64,000 nucleotides of DNA from Anaeramoeba ignava BMAN (lineage: Eukaryota; Protista; Anaeramoebae): NCBI GenBank assembly GCA_028826165.1, contig JAPDFW010000099.1:124001-188000 (forward strand), written 5' to 3'. The notes under the pieces are model-generated. The model ran no database searches. It saw only the letters and a list, made by a program, of their open reading frames with translations, and was not told where the DNA came from. Made by a program: the position numbers and the translations under genes. Below, piece after piece: positions 53,704-64,000 of this stretch (within the stretch, counting starts at the first letter, position 1; each line of letters starts with the position of its first letter).

Positions 53704-56311
53704 TTATTGTTTGTTTTTTTTTGTTAATAATTTGAATAATATTAAAAAAATTATCAAAATAATGAATGGAATTAAAATTTTAAGGTATTTTTGTATATTG
53801 TAATTCGATCTTTGTTTATTTTTTGTATTGTCCGATTTATTGTTTAAAATTTTTAAAGTTTTTGCTAATGCTTTTTTTTGTTCAGAATCAAGAAGAACCT
53901 AAAATTAAAATTAAAATTAAAATTAAAATTGATTTTGGAATTGAAATTGAAATTGATTTAGAAATTAAAATTAAAATTGAAAATGATTTAGAAACTAAAA
54001 TTGAAATTGATTTAGAAATTGATTTATAAATTGAAATTGATTTATAAATTAAAATTAAAATTGAATTTGATTTATAAATTGAAATTGATTTATAAATTGA
54101 TTTAGAAATTGATTTAGAAATTGATTTTGAAATTAAAATTGAAATTGAATTTGATTTATAAATTAAAATTGATTTATAAATTGATTTAGAAATTGATTTA
54201 TAAAATTAAAATTGAAATTGATTTAGAAATTGAAATTGATTTATAAATTGAATTTGATTTAGAAATTGAAATTAATTTAGAAATTAAAATTGAAATTGAT
54301 TTATAAATTGAAATTGAAATAGAAATTGAAATTGAAATTGATTTATAAATAGAAATTGATTTAGAAATTGAAATTAATTTAGAAATTGAAATTGATTTAT
54401 AAATTGAATTTGATTTAGAAATTGAAATTGAAATTAAAATTGAAATTGATTTATAAATTGAAATTGAAATTGAAATTGATTTATAAATTGAAATTGAAAT
54501 TGAAATTGAAATTAATTTAGAAATAGAAATTAATTTAGAAATTGAAATTGATTTATAAAATTGAAATTGGAATTGATTTAGAAATAGAAATTGAAATTGA
54601 AATTGATTTATAAATTAAAATTGATTTAGAAATTGAAATTGAAATTGAAATTGAAATTGATTTAGAAATTGAAATTGATTTATAAAATTGATTTATAAAA
54701 TTGAAATTAAAATTGAATTAGAAATTGATTTAGAAATTGATTTAGAAATTAATTTAGAAATTGATTTATAAATTGAAATTGTACATCAATATTATAACCC
54801 TTTTTCTTTCTTTTATTAAGTCTTTCTTTAATTTCGTCTTTTTCCGAATTATTTTGACGAATTTGAATTTCTTGATTATCAAGAAAATTAACAGAATTTA
54901 TTAATGATTGTTTATTAAAAATCTGTTCATAATTAACAAGCATTTGTTGAATTGGAAAAGCATTTCCAACAGAAAGATCATTACGATTTTTTGACCATAA
55001 ATTTGGCGCAAAAACTGCTGCAATATTATATGTTGTCATTTTATTTTTTTCACTATTTTCTGATATTGTTCGTAAAAATGTATTTAAATATTTTAATGTG
55101 TTATAATTTATTTTCGGAATTTTTTGAACAAGAACTTGAATTGCTTCTGAATCAACTAAATCAATCCAAAAAATTATTTGATTTTGAAATTAAAATTTTG
55201 AAATTGAAATTGAATTTGAAATTGATTTATAAAATTGAAATTGAAATAGAAATAGAAATAGAAATTAAAATTGAATTTGAAATTGAAATTGAAATTGATT
55301 TAGAAATTAAAATTGAAATTGAAATAGAAATTGAAATTGAAATTGAAATTGATTTAGAAATAGAAATTGATTTAGAAATAGAAATTGATTTAGAAATAGA
55401 AATTGATTTAGAAATTGAAATAGAAATTGAAATAGAAATTGATTTAGAAATTGAAATAGAAATTGAAATTGAAATTGAAATTGATTTAGAAATTGAAATT
55501 GATTTAGAAATAGAAATTAAAATTGAAATTGAATTTGAAATTGAAATTGAAATAGAAATAGAAATAGAAATAGAAATAGAAATTGAAATTGAAATTGATT
55601 TTGAAATTGAAATTGATTTAGAAATTGAAATTGATTTAGAAATTGATTTATAAAATTGATTTTGAAATTAATTTTGAAATTGATTTTGAAATTGAAATTG
55701 AATTTGAAATTGAATTTGCTAACCAGCTTTATTCCATTCTTCAAATAAAGAATCTGTTAGAATACTTTCAGGTAATTCCCTGAAAAATTGTTTGAGTAAA
55801 CTTGCAATAACATAAACATCATTATAAATTGAAAAATCATAATTTTCATCTGTTTTTTTTTATTTTGAAAAAAAGTATTTCTTTTTTTTGTTATGAATTT
55901 TCTGATTGATTTTTATTTTGAAATAAAAAAGATTTATCACCTTCATCAATTTCTTTTTTTAATAATTCAATTTGCATATGATTTCCTGGAATTCGAAATA
56001 TTCCTTCTATATTTTGTGCTATAATTTTAAAATCAAAATTCATTTATAAAATTAAAATTGATTTTGATTTTGATTTTAATTTTGATTTTGATTTTGATTT
56101 TGATTTTGATTTTGATTTTGATTTTGATTTTAAATACCATCAAGTTCTTTGAGTCTAGAAATTAATTTTACAATAATAACTGGAACATTTTCTGAATTTA
56201 ATTTTTGATTTTCAAGAGAAACTCCAAAAACTTTTGCTTTAATATTTAAAATAATTTTTTTAATTAAATTTTTTTAAAATTAAATTTTTTAAAATAAAAT
56301 TTTTTACACAT
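53704..56311 (-). CDS. RhoGAP with a C-terminal transmembrane anchor, 6 exons
   Basis: The spliced product reads M|SKVFGVSL...VPVII, EGIFRIPG (Arg finger), DVYVIASLLKQFFRELPESIL and NKMTTYNIAAVFAPNL. The last exon ends ILIPFIILIIFLILFKLLTKKNKQ*. Confidence 0.88.
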
Positions 56312-56377
56312 TAAAATATAAAAAAAGAAAAATGATTTTTCATTTTTTTAATTCATTTTTTTTCTTTTCCAAATAAA

Positions 56378-59300
56378 ATGTCAAAAGAAAAATATTTAAT
56401 TTCAGAATTTGAAAAAGAAATTAATCGTTTAGATGAAATTGATAATAATGAACTTATTAAAATAATAAATCAATCACCAAATTTAACAAATACATTTTTT
56501 AATTTAATTATAACAAAAATTCAAAAAGTATACAAAAATTCAGAATAAAATCAATTATATTCTAAATTAAAATTAAATTTAAAATTAAAACTAAATTTAA
56601 AATTAAAATTAAAATTAAAATTAAAATTAAAAAATTAAAATTAAAATTAAAATTAAAAATTAAAATTTAAAATTAAAATTAAAATTAAAATTAAAATCAA
56701 AATTAAAATTAAAATTAAAATTAAAATTAAAATTAAAATTAAAATTAAAATTAAAATTAAATTTAAAATTAAAATTAAAATTACAATCAATATTAAAATC
56801 AAAATTAAAATTAAAATTAAAAATTAAATTTAAAATTAAAAATTTAAATTAAAATTAATATTAAAATTAAAAATCAAAACTAAATTTAAAATTTAAATTT
56901 AAATTAAAACTAAATTTAAAATTAAATTTAAAATTTAAAATTAAATTTAAAATTAAAATTAAAATTAAAATCAAAATTAAAATTAAAATTAAAATTTAAA
57001 ATTAAAATTAAAATCAAAATTCAAATTAAAATTAAAATCAAAATTCATATTAAAATTAAAATTAAAATTAAAATTAAAATTAAAATTTAAAATTAAAATT
57101 AAATTTAAAATTAAAATCAAAATTAAAATTAAAATTAAAATTCAAAATTAAAATCAAAATTAAATTTAAAATTAAAATAGTCATCACAAAAACAAAAACT
57201 ACAACTCCTTTTTTTGTTTAATAATCTAATTCAACAAAACAAAGAAGAATATTCAACACTTTTTCAAAGAAGTATTACTAAAATTTTCAATTCAATTTGT
57301 GAACAGTCACTTACACAACAAAACCTTCAGCAAATTCAAGATTTAATAGAATATTGGAAAAATACAAAAATAATAGATTTAACACATATAAAATTAATTG
57401 AGAAAAAATTAAAGCAAAATTTAAATAAAATAAATGAAAATTCCAATGTTTTCCATTCAGAAAAATACCTTTTAGAAAAAGGAGATTTACAAAATATTTC
57501 AGAAGAAAAACCAAATGATTCTTCTTCTTATTTTTTGCAATTTCAAAATCAAATAAACCAAAATCAATTAAATCAAAATCAAATAAATCAAAATCAATTA
57601 AATCAAAACCAAATAAATCAAAATCAATTAAATCAAAATCAATTAAATCAAAACCAAAATCAATTAAATCAAAATCAATTAAATCAAAATCAATTAAATC
57701 AAAATCAATTAAATCAAAATCATTTAAATCAAAATCAAAATCATTTAAATCAAAATCAATTAAATCAAAATCAATTAAATCAAAATCAATTAAATCAAAA
57801 TCAATTAAATCAAAATCAATTAAATCAAAACCAAAATCATTTAAATCAAAATCAATTAAATCAAAATCAATTAAATCAAAATCAATTAAATCAAAACCAA
57901 AATCAATTAAATCAAAATCAATTAAATCAAAATCATTTAAATCAAAATCAAAATCATTTAAATCAAAATCAATTAAATCAAAATTCCAAAATTTCAATTA
58001 ATGAAAACAGAAACTTTTCACAAAATCTAAGTAATAAATCAATTCAGTTCACAGAATATCAACAATCATTATATCCTCAAAAACAATTTTTACCAATTCA
58101 AAATACAAAAAATTCCTCAAATCTTAATTTTCAACAAAACAAAATCAATCAAATTGATTTTTTTTCAATTCAATCAAAAATTCGATCAAATTTAGGAATC
58201 AAATTATTGAAAATTGCTATTAATTTACCAAATATTTCGAATCAAGAATTGCAATTTGTTTATGATTGTTTTGAGAATATGGAAAAAGAATATGCATTGG
58301 ATTTAAATCAAGAAAGAGAGCAAATTTATCATTTACTTTCTTATATTTTGGACTTTATCCAAAAAAGGAATTCTCAATCTAATCATTTAAGGAATTATCA
58401 ATTTTCAAGTGATTTAAAAAGTGTTCTTGAAAAATTATATTTACCAGTTCAATTTCAATGTCAAAAATGTGGACTTAGATTAGAAAATGAAGAACAAGCT
58501 CAGAATCATAAAATTAAACATAAAAATTTAGAACAAATTTCAATTGATCAATTTAATGGAAAAGTTTCTCGGAAATGGTTTCAACATTTTCAAGTAAACA
58601 TTATATTTGTTTTGTTTTTAACAAATAAATTCATAAAATTTTCTTTTTGAATTTATTATTTTATTTCTAGGATTGGAAAATTGATTTACCACAAAATTTA
58701 AATCAAGATCAAAATCAAAATCAAGAAAATCAATTAAATCAATTAAATCAATTAAATCAATTAAATCAAGAAAATCAATTAAATCAATTAAATCAATTAA
58801 ATCAATTAAATCAATTAAATCAATTAAATCAAGAAAATCAAGAAAATCAATTAAATCAATTAAATCAAAATCAAAATCAATTAAATCAAGAAAATCAATT
58901 AAATCAAGAAAATCAATTAAATCAATTAAATCAAAATCAAAATCAATTAAATCAAAATCAATTAAATCAATTAAATCAATTAAATCAATTAAATCAATTA
59001 AATCAATTAAATCAAGAAAATCAAATTCAAATTCAAAATCAAATTCAAATTCAAAATAAAAATCAAAATCAAAATCAATTAAATCAATTAAATCAATTAA
59101 ATCAATTAAATCAAAATCAATTAAATCAATTAAATCAAGAAAATCAATTAAATCAATTAAATCAAGAAAATCAAGAAAATCAATTAAATCAATTAAATCA
59201 ATTAAATCAATTAAATCAATTAAATCAATTAAATCAATTAAATCAAAATCAAAATCAAGAAAATCAAAATCAATTAAATCAATTAAATCAAAATCAATTA

Positions 59301-62300
59301 AATCAAAATATAAATCAATTAAATCAAAATAAAAATCAAAATCAAAATCAAAATCAAAATCAATTAAATCAATTAAATCAAGAAAATCAATTAAATCAAA
59401 ATCAATTAAATCAAAATCAATTAAATCAAAATATAAATCAATTAAATCAAGAAAATCAATTAAATCAAAATCAAAATCAAAATCAAAATCAAAATCAAAA
59501 TCAAAATCAAGAAAATCAATTAAATCAAAATCAATTAAATCAATTAAATCAATTAAATCAATTAAATCAATTAAATCAATTAAATCAAGAAAATCAAGAA
59601 AATCAAGAAAATCAATTAAATCAAAATCAAAATCAATTAAATCAAAATCAAAATCAATTAAATCAAAATCAAGAAAATCAAAATCAATTAAATCAATTAA
59701 ATCAAGAAAATCAATTAAATCAATTAAATCAATATCAAAATCAAAATCAATTAAATCAATTAAATCAAAATCAATTAAATCAATATCAAAATCAAGAAAA
59801 TCAAGAAAATCAATTAAATCAATTAAATCAATTAAATCAATTAAATCAATTAAATCAATTAAATCAATTAAATCAAGAAAATCAAGAAAATCAATTAAAT
59901 CAAGAAAATCAAGAAAATCAATTAAATCAAAATCAAAATCAAAATCAATTAAATCAAGAAAATCAATTAAATCAAAATCAAAATCAAAATCAAAATCAAA
60001 ATCAAGAAAATCAATTAAATCAATTAAATCAATTAAATCAAAATCAAAATCAATTAAATCAAAATCAAAATCAAAATTTAAATCAAAATCAAAATCATTT
60101 AAATCAAAATCAAAATCAATTAAATCAAAATCAATTAAATCAAGAAAATCAAAATTTAAATCAAAATCAATTAAATCAAGAAAATCATTTAAATCAAAAT
60201 CAAAATCAAAATCAATTAAATCAAAATCAAAATCAATTAAATCAAAATCAAAATCAATTAAATCAAAATCAAAATCAATTAAATCAAAATCAAAATTTAA
60301 ATCAAAATCAAAATCATTTAAATCAAAATCAAAATCATTTAAATCAAAATCAATTAAATCAAATTCAAAATCAAAATCAAAATCAATTAAATCAATTAAA
60401 TCATTTAAATCAATTAAATCAAGAAAATCATTTAAATCAAAATCAAAATCAAAATCAAAATCAAAATCAAAATGAAAATCAAAATTTAAATCAAAATTTA
60501 AATCAAAATCAAAATCAATTAAATCAAGAAAATCAAAATTTAAATCAAATTCAAAATCAATTAAATCAAAACCAAAATCAATTAAATCAAAATCATTTAA
60601 ATCAAAATCAATTAAATCAAAATCATTTAAATCAAAATCAATTAAATCAAAATCAATTAAATCAAAATCAATTAAATCAAAATCAATTAAATCAAAATCA
60701 ATTAAATCAAAATCAATTAAATCAAAATCAATTAAATCAAAATCAATTAAATCAATTAAATCAAAATCAATTAAATCAAAATCAATTAAATCAAAATCAA
60801 TTAAACCAAAATCAATTAAATCAAAATCAATTAAATCAAAACCAAAATCAATTAAACCAAAATCATTTAAATCAATTAAATCAAAATTCCAAAATTTCAA
60901 TTAATGAAAACAGAAACTTTTCACAAAATCTAAGTAATGAATCAATTCAGTTCACAGAATATCAACAATCATTATATCCTCAAAAACAATTTTTACCAAT
61001 TCAAAATACAAAAAATTCCTCAAATCTTAATTTTCAACAAAACAAAATCAATCAAATTGATTTTTTTTCAATTCAATCAAAAATTCGATCAAATTTAGGA
61101 ATCAAATTATTGAAAATTGCTATTAATTTACCAAATATTTCGAATCAAGAATTGCAATTTGTTTATGATTGTTTTGAGAATATGGAAAAAGAATATGCAT
61201 TGGATTTAAATCAAGAAAGAGAGCAAATTTATCATTTACTTTCTTATATTTTGGACTTTATCCAAAAAAGGAATTCTCAATCTAATCATTTAAGGAATTA
61301 TCAATTTTCAAGTGATTTAAAAAGTGTTCTTGAAAAATTATATTTACCAGTTCAATTCCAATGTCAAAAATGTGGACTTAGATTAGAAAATGAAGAACAA
61401 GCTCAGAATCATAAAATTAAACATAAAAATTTAGAACAAATTTCAATTGATCAATTTAATGGAAAAGTTTCTCGGAAATGGTTTCAACATTTTCAAGTAA
61501 ACATTATATTTGTTTTGTTTTTAACAAATAAATTCATAAAATTTTCTTTTTGAATTTATTATTTTATTTCTAGGATTGGAAAATTGATTTACCACAAAAT
61601 TTAAATCAAGATCAAAATCAAAATCAAGAAAATCAATTAAATCAATTAAATCAATTAAATCAATTAAATCAAAATCAATTAAATCAATTAAATCAAAATC
61701 AATTAAATCAATTAAATCAAGAAAATCAAGAAAATCAATTAAATCAAGAAAATCAAGAAAAACAATTAAATCAAGAAAATCAAGAAAATCAAGAAAATCA
61801 ATTAAATCAAGAAAATCAAGAAAATCAAGAAAATCAATTAAATCAAAACCAAAATCAAAATCAAGAAAATCAATTAAATCAAAATCAAAATCAATTAAAT
61901 CAAAATCAAAATCAATTAAATCAAAATCAAGAAAATCAAGAAAATCAATTAAATCAAAATCATTTAAATCAAAATCAAAATTTAAATCAATATCAAAATC
62001 AAGAAAATCAAGAAAATCAATTAAATCAAATTCAAAATCAATTAAATCAAAATCAAAATTTAAATCAAATTCAAAATCAATTAAATCAAGAAAATCAATT
62101 AAATCAAAATCAATTAAATCAAAATCAATTAAATCAAAATCAATTAAATCAAGAAAATCAAAATTTAAATCAAAATCAATTAAATCAAAATTTAAATCAA
62201 AATCAAGAAAATCAAGAAAATCAATTAAATCAAAATCAAAATCAATTAAATCAAAATCAAAATTTAAATCAAATTCAAAATCAAATTCAAAATCAAAATC

Positions 62301-63088
62301 AAAATCAATTAAACCAAAATCAATTAAACCAAAATCAATTAAATCAAAATCAATTAAATCAAAATCAATTAAATCAAGAAAATCAATTAAACCAAAATCA
62401 ATTAAATCAAAATCAAAAAAATCAAGAAAATCAATTAAATCAAGAAAATCAATTAAATCAAGAAAATCAAGAAAATCAATTAAATCAATTAAATCAAAAT
62501 CAAAATCAATTAAATCAAAATCAATTAAATCAATTAAATCAAATTCAAAATCAAAATCAAAATCAAAATCAATTAAATCAAGAAAATCAAAATTTAAATC
62601 AAAATCAATTAAATCAAGAAAATCAAAATTTAAATCAAAATCAAAATCAATTAAATCAAAATCAAAATCAAAATCAAAATCAAAATCAAAATCAAAATCA
62701 AAATCAAAATCAAATTCAAAATCAAAATCAATTAAATCAATATCAAAATCATTTAAATCAAAATCAAAATCAAAATCATTTAAATCAAAATCAAAATCAA
62801 AATCAAAATATAAATCAAAATCAAATTCAAAATCAAAATATTTTACAAAAAATTAATTCAAATTCTATCCAAAAAGTCTTCAAATTTACATTTAGTAATT
62901 CATCAAATTGGTTGCATTCTCCTTCAAAAATTTTTGATATAATTTCATCAAATTCAAATTCCAATTTAAATTTAAATGAAAAAAATAGTTTCAAAGAAAA
63001 CTTTTCAAAATCTAAAAAAATTTATGAAAATATTGATTGGAAATTTGAAATTCCAAGTTTTGAAACAAAAAGAGGAAGATATTTTTAA
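56378..63088 (+). CDS. PCF11: PCF11-like cleavage/polyadenylation factor (CID + C2H2 Zn finger + Clp1-binding motif) with an internal duplication and long N/Q tracts
   Basis: CID-like segment KLQLLFLFNNLIQ...YSTLF...DLIEYWKNTKII, then LYLPVQFQCQKCGLRL...HKIKH...VSRKWFQHFQ|DW. Introns are 56528-57180, ~58594-58670 and ~61497-61573, and exon frames are consistent to TAA 63088. Confidence 0.75.
57965..61670 (+). repeat. Direct duplication, period 2903 bp (~57965-58760 = ~60870-61665), including an intron
   Basis: The copies are near-identical. Differences seen are agtaataaa vs agtaatgaa and caatttcaa vs caattccaa. Confidence 0.93.
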
Positions 63089-63184
63089 AAAAAATAAAAA
63101 ATAATTTGAAAATAAAAAGAAAAGAATTGTGTTTCTTTATTTTTTTTTTCAATCAAAAAAATTCATCAAGAAATACAACAAAAA

Positions 63185-64000
63185 TTAATTATTTGAAAAA
63201 TTAGAAAAATTTGCATTATTTTCATTATTTTCATTATTTGCATTTTCATTTTCAAATTGAATTTTCTTTGTTTTCAAATTATTTTCATTTTTAATTTTAG
63301 GTTTTTTGATTTGATTTGATTTGTGAATTTTCCAAAAGAAATTTTCAAAAATTATTAAAGGTGAAGTAAATTGAGGTTTAAATTTAACAAGAAAAGGACT
63401 TGGTGAGTCTTTAATTTGTTGTGCCATTTTTGGTGGAATAAATGTGCATAACCATTTAAGGAATTGAGGTTGAATTTTTCCAAAATCTTGAAATATATCA
63501 TGTAAAGTTTTTGGGATTAAAATCTAAATTAATAAATAAATTAATAAATTATTATATTATTATATTATTATATAAATTCTTTTACTCTGGGTGATTTTTT
63601 AGTTAAAACCCGAGTATGTAATAAAAGATATCCTTGTGCAATTTGAGTAAGATCTTCATCAATTTTTTCTGGTGAATAAACATGAAGAATAGAAGAATAA
63701 AGATCCAAAGAAATCAAAGCAAAATAAAATCTTGGATCTGATGGAAAAACAATATTTTCTATTCTTGGATCACCAGATTTAAAATATTTTGATTTTTGAT
63801 ATAAATTCCCTCTTAAAATCCCATATTTAATATCATGTAATGAATATAATTGACCTGAAATTTGATAAATACTAGTTTTCATAAATTCTTTTAAAGAATT
63901 TTTATCTTCTGGAATTCCTTTTACAATTGCTGAATGAAAACAAAGAACATTATATATATTAATAAAAAATGCAAGTTTTTCTTCTAAAAATAAATTTTTC
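63185..64000 (-). CDS. DUF547-domain protein, 3' part (5' end outside the window)
   Basis: Reads EEKLAFFINIYNVL, YQISGQLYSLHDIKYGILRGN, DPRFYFAL, VYSPEKIDEDL, then an intron at ~63524-63585, then ILIPK...QDFG. Confidence 0.85.

Overview
This is a very AT-rich eukaryotic protist genome window. It has GT-AG spliceosomal introns, many filled with microsatellites, and proteins rich in N/Q low-complexity tracts. The style and the RCC1-BTB / ankyrin-BTB / BTB-TLDc expansions suggest a metamonad such as Anaeramoeba (inference only). Two intron-rich housekeeping blocks flank the middle of the window. The left block (1-21 kb) holds a USP4/15-like deubiquitinase, AGXT2, CK1, EFG1 and FAM91A1. The right block (50.6-64 kb) holds a Nudix CoA-pyrophosphatase, an acidic NPF/LF protein, a tail-anchored RhoGAP, a PCF11-like gene and a DUF547 gene. 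Between them is an apparently intronless ~29-kb accessory block (21-50.5 kb). It contains a decayed PIF/Harbinger-ISL2EU-like transposase, three RCC1-BTB paralogues, a ~36-repeat ankyrin-BTB gene, tRNA-Lys(UUU), a large FN3 surface protein, BTB-TLDc and an APH-family kinase. The most interesting signal is a constant-BTB / hypervariable-binding-face design in the RCC1-BTB and ankyrin-BTB genes, a candidate antibody-like repertoire of Cullin-3 substrate receptors. Second, four AT tandem arrays with different unit sequences share a ~144-bp (nucleosome-sized) period, and each lies 5' of a gene in that block. Several 1-nt frameshifts fall in homopolymer runs and are probably long-read assembly errors.
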